From a virus, in the IMG/VR virus record IMGVR_UViG_3300020048_002392, positions 17,838-81,837 of that record: 64,000 nucleotides of DNA; one strand, given 5' to 3'. Of the stretch, positions 1-10,122 are shown piece by piece (position 1 is the stretch's first letter; each line of letters begins with the position of its first letter). The translations under genes and the position numbers were made by a program. The notes beneath the pieces were generated by a model. It saw only the letters and a list, made by a program, of their open reading frames with translations. It was not told the origin of the DNA and did not search any database.

Positions 1-678
1 GAGTTTCTAATTGCTGATGCCATTGCTAATGATAATATTAAAGAGTTTACATTCCTGCCTGCAGTTGATAAAACCGGCGTTGATCTAGAATCACAACTTA
101 GAAACCTTATCGAATTAAAGAACACTGATAGAATTAATACGGTGAATGACTTATACAGTGGCGCATACAAGAGCAACCCAATTGTAATTGATTTCGTAAA
201 TAGAACTGTGACTGATAATAGATATACATACTTGGATAGTAAGAATGAATTTGCTAAGGGTAACGTTAAGTCAAAGATAGTCGAAGATCTTCACACCGAT
301 AACTTTATGAACTATACATTTACTGATGAAAATGAGAGAAGATTTCTTATCTACAAAGATTATCAATCGCTAGGTGATCTTCCAAGTTCTATTAAGAGTG
401 AGCAGCATCTTCCTACGATCATCTCAAGAAAACTTGCGTATAGACATATGCTATATAGAAATACAGTATATGCAAAAGCGTATGGTAGATTAGATTTAAA
501 AGCTGGCGATATAATAAAATTAGTAGTTGCAGAGTTTTCGGCAAGTAACGATGGAGTCGAGACAGAATCACAACTCTCTGGAAACTATATACTACATGAC
601 TGTACTCACATATTTGATAAAGAAACTTATGAGACCTCGATGATGTTGACGAAATATGACTGGAGTAAGAATGAATGA
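1..678 (+). CDS. Baseplate hub protein (T4 gp27-like position), 5'-truncated
   Basis: The frame of ORF 142..678 stays open back to base 1. The C-terminus (L.AGD.I.L...SG.Y.L....H.F..Y.T.M.L.K) is typical of the hub genes just before gp5 in T4-like phages. Confidence 0.6.
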   Translation, partial: EFLIADAIANDNIKEFTFLPAVDKTGVDLESQLRNLIELKNTDRINTVNDLYSGAYKSNPIVIDFVNRTVTDNRYTYLDSKNEFAKGNVKSKIVEDLHTDNFMNYTFTDENERRFLIYKDYQSLGDLPSSIKSEQHLPTIISRKLAYRHMLYRNTVYAKAYGRLDLKAGDIIKLVVAEFSASNDGVETESQLSGNYILHDCTHIFDKETYETSMMLTKYDWSKNE

Positions 679-2669
679 TTGAGGAAACTGGCGTAGGAAT
701 TAAAAACCCTCTTTGGTTCGTTGGTGTTGTTGAGAATAGAAACGACCCACGCAAGGAAGGGCGCGTTCAAGTGCGTGCGTTTGGCGTACACGGTACCAAT
801 GTACAAGTACCAACCGATAGTCTTCCTTGGGCAATATGTATAGCTGGAAACTACGATCCAAACTATCCAATCCCTCCACTTAACGCATGGGTATTTGGTT
901 TCTTCATCGATGGAAGGGACGCGCAACAGCCAATGATACTTGGGCTGATACCTACACAGATGACTGGTGTCATTGACCCTGAAACAAATGGATGGGGAAC
1001 TATACCTTCGAGTAATGTAAATGTAGATTCTCAAGGATCACGAGGAGTAGATTACGGACAACCACAGAACTCTAGAAAAGCAAGAGGCGAAGATATTCAA
1101 AACACAAATGTCCTTCTGCAAGAAATAAATCGTCTTAGTGCAGACTTTTCAGCCGCCTTGGATGGTTTATCAGTAGAGGAACCCGCGCCTGCGTACGACA
1201 CTCAGTACCCTTATAACCGCGTAATAGAGACAGCAGCTGGACATAGTATCGAACTCGATGATACACCCGGTGGAGAAAGAATCACAGTCTTTCATAACAC
1301 AGGATCATTCATTGAGATTGACAACACTGGTGTTATGAATATAAAATCCGTTGGAGACCTTTACCTAGGATCTATGAAGAATATCGTTGTCATCGCCGAA
1401 GGCAGACAGATGATAAAGGTAAAGGGCGATGCAATACTTAGTGTTGATGGCAATATGGTGCAAGAAGTAAGCGGCGATCTGCAGCAGATAGTTAGAGGTA
1501 ACTATGAACTGTCAGTTGGCGGGCAACTTAATTTAAATGCTAGTGAAGAGATACAAGCAAGAGCTGCTAAGGTTAGAATTGAAGCAAATGTTGAAGGAAT
1601 AAATCTAAAGTCCGGTAAAAATATTAGTATGCAATCAGGTCAAGCTTTTAATATAAAATCTGGTACTGGTATAAATCAACAAGCAGTTGGCGATATAAAC
1701 ATAAAATCAGAAGGTGTCTATATAGAAGGCTCAGGAGCTTTCAATGTAAAGGCGGCTACTATGTTTTTAACGGCAGAAGGTGCTGGCGACTTTAAAGCAG
1801 GCCACGCAAAAATTGGCGGTGGAACTAAAGTTAGCATTAATGCAAGTATAGTAGCAATGGATGATATTATCCAACTCGCTAACGGCGATTCCGTCGCGCC
1901 TACTGCAGCTGAAGCTGCAATCGATACACCGCCTGCTGAAGGTACCGATCTGCCAGAGCCAGCTGGAAAAGGCGCAGGAAACGGTGGACCAGGCGACTTT
2001 GCTGGTGGTAGTTATCGTAACCCATCGTCAGGTGGTGGCGGCGGGTATGCTTCATTCGATGAAGGCTTTGCAGAGGCTGGGCTCGGTGCAAGTCCAGGAT
2101 CCAGCACAGGATCTGCGAATGAAGCATTGAGCTCAAGTTACACGCAGGGCGCGCTTACTCCATTGCTAGATCTTATCGGCAGAGCCGAAGGCGCAGGATA
2201 CGATACAATAGTAGGATACGTAAGAAGAGAAGATTATCCATCCAGACCTATAACGGCCCTAACAGTAGACGAACTACTCGCATGGCAGGATAGCATTGAC
2301 CCAAAGTATGATTCCGAAGCGTCTGGAAGATATCAAGTAATGGAAGATACGCTACGAGGATTGAAAGCAAGCGGCGTAGTTAGTGGAAGCGAACTCTTTA
2401 ATCCAAGTACACAAGACAAGATTGCTCTTGGATTGCTAAAGATACGTGGTCTAAACCGCTTCCTAGACGGTAGTATTAGTGCGGAGCAGTTTGGAGACAA
2501 CCTTTCATACGAATGGGCAAGTCTTCCAATTATGACTGGACCAAGAGCAGGACAAGGTAGATATTCTGGGCAGGGTGGAAAGATTGCGACCAGCGAGGTA
2601 CTCAACGCGCTAAAGCAAGTAAAAGATTTTAAACAAAATACGCAATCATCCTCAATTGGCCCACAGTAA
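675..2669 (+). CDS. gp5: gp5-like baseplate hub/central spike with C-terminal lysozyme-like domain
   Basis: N-terminal Gp5 OB-fold (WFVGVVENRNDP..GRVQVR..G.H, LPWA), then YPYNRVIET..GH..ELDDTPGGERI and beta-helix repeats, a Gly/Ser linker, and LLDLIGRAEG...ASGRYQ...QDKIA...EWASLP (lambda-R/GH104-type lysozyme). Confidence 0.9.
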   Translation: MIEETGVGIKNPLWFVGVVENRNDPRKEGRVQVRAFGVHGTNVQVPTDSLPWAICIAGNYDPNYPIPPLNAWVFGFFIDGRDAQQPMILGLIPTQMTGVIDPETNGWGTIPSSNVNVDSQGSRGVDYGQPQNSRKARGEDIQNTNVLLQEINRLSADFSAALDGLSVEEPAPAYDTQYPYNRVIETAAGHSIELDDTPGGERITVFHNTGSFIEIDNTGVMNIKSVGDLYLGSMKNIVVIAEGRQMIKVKGDAILSVDGNMVQEVSGDLQQIVRGNYELSVGGQLNLNASEEIQARAAKVRIEANVEGINLKSGKNISMQSGQAFNIKSGTGINQQAVGDINIKSEGVYIEGSGAFNVKAATMFLTAEGAGDFKAGHAKIGGGTKVSINASIVAMDDIIQLANGDSVAPTAAEAAIDTPPAEGTDLPEPAGKGAGNGGPGDFAGGSYRNPSSGGGGGYASFDEGFAEAGLGASPGSSTGSANEALSSSYTQGALTPLLDLIGRAEGAGYDTIVGYVRREDYPSRPITALTVDELLAWQDSIDPKYDSEASGRYQVMEDTLRGLKASGVVSGSELFNPSTQDKIALGLLKIRGLNRFLDGSISAEQFGDNLSYEWASLPIMTGPRAGQGRYSGQGGKIATSEVLNALKQVKDFKQNTQSSSIGPQ

Positions 2670-2680
2670 GAGAGAATAAT

Positions 2681-4234
2681 ATGTCGGAATGTAATGATAC
2701 ATTAGAATATAAAAACAGTTTAAATCTAACCGGTACTGATGGGTTTTTATATTCGCCAACTATTCAATTTTATCAATTGGATAAGATACAATCAGACTTT
2801 ATAAAAACAATAGTTGTTTTGCCAGATACTAACATCAATTCTTTTATCGATAGTTATGGGCAGGATAAATTTAACGAGTCTATACTATCGTTTAATAACT
2901 TTCTCTATAGCGCTAACTTGAATGTTAATTTGAATCTAAGAGTTAACTATCCTTTAGTTCAAGAAAGACTAGATAAAGGTGTGGCAATAACACCAATTGA
3001 ATTTTCATCGTTCATGAGTGAGGCTGGATATAATCCTATTTCTATTCAAACACAGCAAGTTTCAAGTCCAAAGAAAGTTCTTTCTCTATTTAATACTTAC
3101 GTGAATGGCGCGTTTTCTAAAAGTTCTATGGGATCCTTTTGTGAACTAGCTCCTTCTATATTCGGCGCAGTAGCAAACTTCTTTACATCTGTTAGAAACT
3201 TAGCAAACACGATAACCGATATTATTAATTCTATTCAAAACTTTAGCCTAGCTTCTCTATTAGATAGCTTAAAGAAAAAAATACTTGATGTTGTTAATAG
3301 TGCAATCAATAAAGTAAAAAGTATTATAGAAAACCTTTCTCTTCAGGGAGTTATGGATCAGGCACAAGAAATTTTTCAGACTCGAGTATTATATCAATTT
3401 AAACAAATAAAGGATCAAGCTTTAGCATTCTTTGAAAAAGGTAATGTTGAAAGTTTTACAAAGAGAATAGAAGGATTGATTTCCTACGCTACTGGACTAT
3501 TTAAAAATATAGACATAGAAGAAATACAGTTTTTAATATATCGTTTCTGTTCATTTATCAACCAAGTTGAAAACATTATAAACGGTGTAAGAAATCCTAT
3601 TGACGCGTTTTCAAACAGATACATATCAACTTATAACTTATTAAAAGCAAGATCTGATTTAAATACTGCATCTGCTGTTGCCGCTGGTGCAAAAAGATTT
3701 AATAATGATGAAGTGTATGCTGGCGCAATTGGCGGAATTGGCGCAGAGACTGCGGTAGGTAACGCAGAACCACCATCGCAGGCTGAGATCGACGGAGTAA
3801 CATCTTGGAACGATGGAAATGGTGACGGTAGAATTACTTTCGTTGGAGGAGCAAGAGATCGTGGTCATGAGAGTTGGACTCGAGTGACTCCAAATACTAG
3901 AGTGTTAGCAATGCGTTTACAAGCTAAGTTTGGTAGACAACTCAAGATAACTAGCGCTTACAGATCTACTGAAACGCAGAGGCAAATTATTCAAAAGGCA
4001 GTAAACTCTGGCGAGTACCCTTCGGTTGAAGCAGCTATAGCAAGCGGTAGTTATGCAAGACCAGGCAATTCATTACACGAAAAAGGTACTGCGCTTGACA
4101 TACAATGGGACGGGTTTAACGCGTCGTCAAAAGCAGAATTTATAAGAATAGCAAGAGAAGTCGGGTTCGGTGGAATTGGAACCAGATACAACACTTTCGT
4201 TCACGTAGATACAGGTCCTAAGAGGGAATGGTAA
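2681..4234 (+). CDS. Baseplate-associated protein with C-terminal peptidase M15 (Zn D-Ala-D-Ala type) domain
   Basis: C-terminal ITSAYRS...SLHEKGTALDI...GGIG....FVHVD is the M15 Zn-binding signature. The N-terminal region is helical. The gene sits between gp5 and gp25. Confidence 0.75.
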   Translation: MSECNDTLEYKNSLNLTGTDGFLYSPTIQFYQLDKIQSDFIKTIVVLPDTNINSFIDSYGQDKFNESILSFNNFLYSANLNVNLNLRVNYPLVQERLDKGVAITPIEFSSFMSEAGYNPISIQTQQVSSPKKVLSLFNTYVNGAFSKSSMGSFCELAPSIFGAVANFFTSVRNLANTITDIINSIQNFSLASLLDSLKKKILDVVNSAINKVKSIIENLSLQGVMDQAQEIFQTRVLYQFKQIKDQALAFFEKGNVESFTKRIEGLISYATGLFKNIDIEEIQFLIYRFCSFINQVENIINGVRNPIDAFSNRYISTYNLLKARSDLNTASAVAAGAKRFNNDEVYAGAIGGIGAETAVGNAEPPSQAEIDGVTSWNDGNGDGRITFVGGARDRGHESWTRVTPNTRVLAMRLQAKFGRQLKITSAYRSTETQRQIIQKAVNSGEYPSVEAAIASGSYARPGNSLHEKGTALDIQWDGFNASSKAEFIRIAREVGFGGIGTRYNTFVHVDTGPKREW

Positions 4235-4239
4235 AATAA

Positions 4240-4653
4240 ATGGCTACTATAACACCAAGAACTAGAAAGTTAGGTCCGCTGTATGCAGACTTTCATAAAG
4301 ATTTAACCGTAAATCCTTTTTCAAATGATATTGCGTTAAAGACGGACGAAGAGGCTGTGAAGGAAGCACTTAAGAACCTTATTCTAATGGATAAGGGAGA
4401 AAAGTTATTTCAGCCATACTTTGGTGGAAACATTCGCGCAATGCTATTTGAATTAAATAGCCCAGCTACAATAAAAATAATTCAAGAGCAAATCAAAACA
4501 ACCATAAATAACTATGAACCTAGGGCAGAACTAATTAGTGTAGAAGTTTATAGTCTTATTGATGATAATAAGATATCCGTGAAGATACTATATGCTCTTA
4601 GAAGTAGAGAAGATCCTATTGAGGTAGAATTCATTTTGGAAAGAGTAAGATAA
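4240..4653 (+). CDS. gp25: Baseplate wedge subunit gp25
   Basis: AVKEALKNLIL..KGEKLFQP.FGG.I..MLFE...I...I.NYEPRA motif, 137 aa, directly before gp6. Confidence 0.93.
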   Translation: MATITPRTRKLGPLYADFHKDLTVNPFSNDIALKTDEEAVKEALKNLILMDKGEKLFQPYFGGNIRAMLFELNSPATIKIIQEQIKTTINNYEPRAELISVEVYSLIDDNKISVKILYALRSREDPIEVEFILERVR

Positions 4654-6441
4654 ATGGCAAAGACACCAATAACCGAACTTGATTTTTTTGCTATTAAAGA
4701 ACAGTTTAAAGATTACTTGAGAACACAGACAACGTTCAAAGATTATAACTTTGAAGGATCGAACATGTCGATCCTCCTAGATGTATTATCATACAACACG
4801 TTTCAGAATAACTTCTATACGAATATGGCAATTTCAGAAATGTTTCTTGACACTGCACAATTAAGAAACTCTGTGATATCCCACGCAAAAGAACTTAACT
4901 ATCTTCCAAAGTCTTCTACATCAGCGAAGGCAATCGTAAGAGTTACTATCGTAGATACAAATGGGCCATCTACCATAACTATACCTAAGGGTACTCGATT
5001 TACTACAAGCGCAAACGGGTCTGCATTTAATTTTGTAACTGCAATAAACTATCTTGCTAAAAAAGTTTCAATCTCTGGTTCTACAGCAACATACGTGGCC
5101 GACTCAGTAGAAATATTCGAAGGACAAATCTTTACTAACTTTGAAAAGGAAGGATACTTTGTTGAAGACTCAGCGTTCAAATGTGTTCTCTCAAATGAAA
5201 ACGTTGATATAACATCCGTCGAAGTTTCTACTGATATAGATAGTGAACCTGTGCCATTCATATTTAAAACAGATATATACGGGGTTTTGGCAACTGAAAG
5301 GGTGTTCTACATAGAACCACACTTTGATGATAAGTACGCTGTTGTGTTTGGCAGAAATAAATTCGGGTTCCAACCAACTCCAGATGATACAGTTCAAATA
5401 GAATATAGAGTATGTAATGAAGACGAACCGAACGGCGCTTCCAAATTTGCGACGACGTTCAAACCAAACACGAGAGTTGAAACGATACAAGCAGCTATCG
5501 GCGGCGCTAAGAAAGAAACTCTTGAGAGCATTCGCTTCTTTGCGCCACGTTCTATTCAAATTCAAGAAAGAGCAATAACTGCAAAGGATTACGAAGTTCT
5601 ATTGAAGCAGCGTTTCAATGAGATAGATGCTGTCTCTGTGTACGGCGGAGAAGATCTTGAACCACCTCAGTTTGGTAAGGTAGCAGTATCAGTCGTTCTA
5701 ACTGGAAGCGAAGCTATATCTGATAGTAAAAAGAACGAGTTCAAAAGATACCTATCAGATAAGACTCCTCTAACTATCGAACCTATTTTCGTAGATCCGG
5801 AATTTATGTATATAGATGCTATAGTAAACGTGTTTTATTCTTATAAGCAGACAACAAAAAGTGAAGCAGAATTAGAAGCATTAATTAGAACTGTAGTATC
5901 TGATTACAATGAAAACAATTTAAATACATTTGGTGCAACTCTTAGATCTTCTAAATTATCTTCTGCAATAGACGGTGTTGATACTGCTATCCTGAGCAGC
6001 AGCGCAGAACTAAGAGCAATTATAGAGTACTCACCACCTTTAAATGTACCACAGAACCCAACGTTTAAGTTTGGATCTCCTTTAATTAAACCATACCCAT
6101 ACGTAAATTCTTCTGGGTTTACAGACTATAAGCCATCCGTGAAGAGTTCTGTTTTTTCATATAATGGCGTCTGCGCTATTTTACAGGATAACGGATCTGG
6201 AATAATGCAGATTATAAGCAGCGATGTTATAAACACAAGAATTCTAAATACGAGCGCAGGTACCGTTGATTATAACACTGGCACCGTTAGACTAGTTAAT
6301 TTTACAACGGATGGCTACTCTGGGCCTGCTATAAAGATATATGCAAAGAAAAAAGAAAGCGATATTATCGCGCCTAAGAACAGACTATTACAGATACGTG
6401 ATAGTGACATAACAATTATATTCAATGAGGTATCTTCATAA
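4654..6441 (+). CDS. gp6: Baseplate wedge subunit gp6
   Basis: LDFF.IK..FKDYL..Q..FKDYNFEGSNMS.LLDVLSYNT...EMFLDTAQLRNSV.SHAK.LNY.P and ERAITAKDYE motifs. Confidence 0.95.
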   Translation: MAKTPITELDFFAIKEQFKDYLRTQTTFKDYNFEGSNMSILLDVLSYNTFQNNFYTNMAISEMFLDTAQLRNSVISHAKELNYLPKSSTSAKAIVRVTIVDTNGPSTITIPKGTRFTTSANGSAFNFVTAINYLAKKVSISGSTATYVADSVEIFEGQIFTNFEKEGYFVEDSAFKCVLSNENVDITSVEVSTDIDSEPVPFIFKTDIYGVLATERVFYIEPHFDDKYAVVFGRNKFGFQPTPDDTVQIEYRVCNEDEPNGASKFATTFKPNTRVETIQAAIGGAKKETLESIRFFAPRSIQIQERAITAKDYEVLLKQRFNEIDAVSVYGGEDLEPPQFGKVAVSVVLTGSEAISDSKKNEFKRYLSDKTPLTIEPIFVDPEFMYIDAIVNVFYSYKQTTKSEAELEALIRTVVSDYNENNLNTFGATLRSSKLSSAIDGVDTAILSSSAELRAIIEYSPPLNVPQNPTFKFGSPLIKPYPYVNSSGFTDYKPSVKSSVFSYNGVCAILQDNGSGIMQIISSDVINTRILNTSAGTVDYNTGTVRLVNFTTDGYSGPAIKIYAKKKESDIIAPKNRLLQIRDSDITIIFNEVSS

Positions 6442-8543
6442 TGGAGATAGAAAAGTTTATATCTTATCAGATAGAAAGACAGTTTCCTAGTATCTTTAGA
6501 GAAGATGGCAGGGAACTCGTAGAACTGGTGAAATACTATTATAAGTTCTTAGAGGAAAATCCTAAACAGAGTTTATATAATAATAGACGAATATTTGAAT
6601 ATAAAGATATCGATGATACATTAGGAACTATGGTTCTATACTTTAAGAATAAGTATATGAAGGATCTACCTCTTAACGATGATAACACTCGATTCATAGT
6701 TAAGAATATTCTCGATCTATATCGAAGAAAAGGAACTCCAGAAGGGGTTGAGTTATTCTTTCGTATGTTTTACGATGAAACCATTAGTGTGTATTACCCA
6801 GCCGAAGCAATTTTAAAACCGTCTTCTTCTACTTGGGTAGAAGGCGCATTTCTACAAATGTACCCTTCAGACCCAGCAGTGTTAAAGGACTTGACTGGGA
6901 GAACTGTGTTTGGTTCAGCCACAAAAGCCGAAGCGGTTGTTGATAGAATAATATTCGTTCTTATAAACAATACACTAATACCTATACTATACTTAAGTAG
7001 TGTAAGAGGTACTTTCGTAGGATTCGATGATATTTACAGTACTGTAAATAATGAATTAGTAAACTTTGGAAAAGTATACGGATCGCTGTCGAGCATAGAT
7101 GTTATTGTAAACGATGCAAGAGCAACAACTGGAAACCAAATAGGCGATATTCTTAATGTGGTATATAGCGGCGCCAGAGGCGGAAAGGCCATCGTTACAA
7201 ATGTCTCGCAGAATATTACAGGCGAAATAGTTTATACTATTGACGAACCTGGATTCGGGTATACAAAAGACAATACACACTTCTATGTATCAAACCAAAT
7301 ATTATTCTCTGATAATCTTATCAACGAATTGACACCTTTAGAATTTTTAGAAGATCAATACGGTAATAGAGGTATGGTAGTTGGCGGCAATGAGTTTATA
7401 GTTGGAGTACGTATGGATCCTGGTGAAGAGTTCTCAGCAAACTCTATAATAACCACATCGAGATCAAGTAATAACAATATAGTGATAGTAAACTCATTAG
7501 AAGATCCATTTACTAGTTCTTATCCAGTTCGATATTTTACAGACGTAGTTATAAAGAATGATACTTCGCCAGGTCCTCTATTTCCAGAAACTGCAAACAA
7601 TGAGATCCTATCAGTAAAACTTAACGAACTTGCTAATGTAGAAACAGTATCACTTATAACTGATATTATTGGAAATTATTTAAACGTTCCTTTAGACGCA
7701 GTTGATTACAATGACTCGCCTGCATTAATTCCTATGTCAGGTGCAACAGATCCTGTAACAGCTAACACTGCATTAGACGATGCTTTTAACTTAACACCGT
7801 TTGAGATAGGATCTTTAAAGACGTTCATAAATGTAAAGCCAGGTGTAAATTATATAAACAAAGTATTCGCTCTTGCATACGATCCTGTGATGGCAAACTT
7901 TGATGTTTATAATCAAAGTATAACTTTAGAAAGTATATCTACTACATTCGAAATTGGCAGGACTATAACTCAAGGCTCAGTTTCTGGGAAGATAGTAGGT
8001 ATATCCGGAAATACGATTAAAGTTCTACCATATGCTTATTACGGATTTAAAAAATTACCGATAACTTATAATGGATTAACATTTAATGTTGTTTCTATAT
8101 CTCGAGACTATACTTCAAATAGAATAGGCTTTAATAGTGTTATAAGTACAGTAACTGAGTTCGCAGTAGGAAGAATTTTGAACGTTAGGGTTTTAAACTC
8201 TGGATATGGTTATCCAGATCAAGAAGAAGTTCTATTAACAAACGACGCCAACCAAATAATTACTGTAGGCAATGCAAACTCTAGAGGGCAAGGCGTCATA
8301 GAAGGTAGATGGTCTTCAAAAGAATCTCATCTAAACTTCCAAGACGGTAAAGTTTTACAGGATAGCGACTTCTATCAAGAATATTCATATTTGATATCAT
8401 CAAAAATTGATATAAATAGTTATAAAAATACACTAACCGATATAGCGCATTTGGCAGGAACAAAAATGTTTGGCGAATTCTCTCTAAAGGACAACGTTGA
8501 CGTTAGCGCAAACATACGTAGCACAATCATAAGAGATTCTTGA
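6441..8543 (+). CDS. Baseplate wedge subunit gp7-like
   Basis: QFPSIFRE..F..YY.FLE, LYRRKGT..G..LFFR..Y and C-terminal LQDSDFYQEYSY...H.AGTKMFG motifs, plus synteny after gp6. Confidence 0.8.
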   Translation: MEIEKFISYQIERQFPSIFREDGRELVELVKYYYKFLEENPKQSLYNNRRIFEYKDIDDTLGTMVLYFKNKYMKDLPLNDDNTRFIVKNILDLYRRKGTPEGVELFFRMFYDETISVYYPAEAILKPSSSTWVEGAFLQMYPSDPAVLKDLTGRTVFGSATKAEAVVDRIIFVLINNTLIPILYLSSVRGTFVGFDDIYSTVNNELVNFGKVYGSLSSIDVIVNDARATTGNQIGDILNVVYSGARGGKAIVTNVSQNITGEIVYTIDEPGFGYTKDNTHFYVSNQILFSDNLINELTPLEFLEDQYGNRGMVVGGNEFIVGVRMDPGEEFSANSIITTSRSSNNNIVIVNSLEDPFTSSYPVRYFTDVVIKNDTSPGPLFPETANNEILSVKLNELANVETVSLITDIIGNYLNVPLDAVDYNDSPALIPMSGATDPVTANTALDDAFNLTPFEIGSLKTFINVKPGVNYINKVFALAYDPVMANFDVYNQSITLESISTTFEIGRTITQGSVSGKIVGISGNTIKVLPYAYYGFKKLPITYNGLTFNVVSISRDYTSNRIGFNSVISTVTEFAVGRILNVRVLNSGYGYPDQEEVLLTNDANQIITVGNANSRGQGVIEGRWSSKESHLNFQDGKVLQDSDFYQEYSYLISSKIDINSYKNTLTDIAHLAGTKMFGEFSLKDNVDVSANIRSTIIRDS
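8411..8418 (+). promoter_or_regulatory. T4-type late promoter TATAAATA
   Basis: Exact match ~135 bp before the gp8-like gene. Confidence 0.5.
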
Positions 8544-8550
8544 GGGTCGA

Positions 8551-10113
8551 ATGAGTACAATAACTAGCGGTTACAGAACATCAAACGCAAATTTTTTATC
8601 TCAGGATATTACTAATTCTGATTATTATATCTTTGTGTCAACTACAGTATTTACGAGTACAGTCAATTCTGATTTTTCTTCAAATGACTTTTTAGAAAAA
8701 ACTCTATTTGGAAAAAAGATTAATCCAAGCGATACTTTTTTTATGATAGAAAATAGAAGATGGTTGTCTGGAACTGTGTATGATCAGTATGACGATATGG
8801 ATGATATGACAAGTAAAGCTTTCTATATCGTGGTATATCCGAGTGATAATAGCACTGGAGATTATAGAGTATTCAAATGTCTCTTTAATAATTACGGCGC
8901 ACAATCTGTAAATGCTCCAAATTACGACCCGTACGCAGATGACCAGATATATCGTTTAGGAGACGGGTATGTTTGGAAACATATGTACGCAATAACAACA
9001 GATCAGTTTAAAAAATATAGCGCATTAAATTATGCGCCAATAATTGGAAACGCATCAGCAAATACTGTAATTAACAAATCTATAGATCATATCGAAATCT
9101 CAAACCCAGATACAAACAAGGGTTATGAATTAAAATCAGGACTCATTTATGAAGTTTTAACAAATGAAGTAGTAATAACAGATCCTAAGAATAGTCTTTC
9201 TGAACTTACAGATTATTACTCTGGCCAAATTTTATATGTGACAGATCCAAATAACGAGTCAAGACTGTACACAATAGATAACTACTCTTATAATATATTA
9301 AACCTAAAAGGTACTTTAACGCTCCTAGATAAAGATTCCTTTATTCAACCTAACTTTTCCTTTAAAATATTCCCCAGGATTGAAATAACTGGTGATGGAA
9401 CTGGTGCAATCGCAGTTCCATCTATAAATCAGTTTGGTGTTATTGAAAAAGTAACAATGCATAATAAAGGCAGCGGGTACACCAATGCAGCTGCAAGAGT
9501 TGTAAATCCAGTGTCCGGGTTCGATCCTGTTAATACTAGCACAGTTGATGTAGAAGCTATATTAAGACCGATATTATCTCCAGAGGGTGGCCATGCAACC
9601 AACTTTAAATATGAGTTAGGAAGTAAGCAAGTTTTAGTATATCTTACTCTTACAGATACAGATAATCTTTCTATACCATCTTCAAATAAGTATGGAAAGG
9701 TTGGCATTGTTAAGAACCCTACATTTATTACAAACACAGCCCCTGAAATATTTGACAATAGATTAGAATTGCAATTGAATTCTTCTTTGTTAACAACAGA
9801 TGAAATAGTTACACAGTCGCTCGGTGCTACTGTCACTTTTAGAGGACAGGTACACGAGGCTTCTGGTAACACTGCATACATATGTAACTATCATGGGCCG
9901 TATGAAAACTATGATAACGATGGTTATTTTGACTTGCCGTTAGACCCAACCAAATTAATAGTATCTTCTCAGAACCAGTTCATAAGTATAAATAATGTTG
10001 TAAGACCGCCGTATGTTCAAAAAACAGGTGATGTATATTATATGACTTCGTTTGCAACAATTACTAGAACACCTACTTCAAATGAAGAATACAAGATTGT
10101 ATTAGAGTTTTAA
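8551..10113 (+). CDS. Baseplate wedge subunit gp8-like
   Basis: RRW.SGTVYDQYDD, YRVFKCLFNN.GA.S...P, DGYVWK.MY, P.GGH and terminal EEYKIVLEF motifs. Confidence 0.85.
   Translation: MSTITSGYRTSNANFLSQDITNSDYYIFVSTTVFTSTVNSDFSSNDFLEKTLFGKKINPSDTFFMIENRRWLSGTVYDQYDDMDDMTSKAFYIVVYPSDNSTGDYRVFKCLFNNYGAQSVNAPNYDPYADDQIYRLGDGYVWKHMYAITTDQFKKYSALNYAPIIGNASANTVINKSIDHIEISNPDTNKGYELKSGLIYEVLTNEVVITDPKNSLSELTDYYSGQILYVTDPNNESRLYTIDNYSYNILNLKGTLTLLDKDSFIQPNFSFKIFPRIEITGDGTGAIAVPSINQFGVIEKVTMHNKGSGYTNAAARVVNPVSGFDPVNTSTVDVEAILRPILSPEGGHATNFKYELGSKQVLVYLTLTDTDNLSIPSSNKYGKVGIVKNPTFITNTAPEIFDNRLELQLNSSLLTTDEIVTQSLGATVTFRGQVHEASGNTAYICNYHGPYENYDNDGYFDLPLDPTKLIVSSQNQFISINNVVRPPYVQKTGDVYYMTSFATITRTPTSNEEYKIVLEF
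9987..9994 (+). promoter_or_regulatory. T4-type late promoter TATAAATA
   Basis: Exact match ~130 bp before the VrlC-like gene. Confidence 0.5.
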
Positions 10114-10122
10114 GGATAATAA

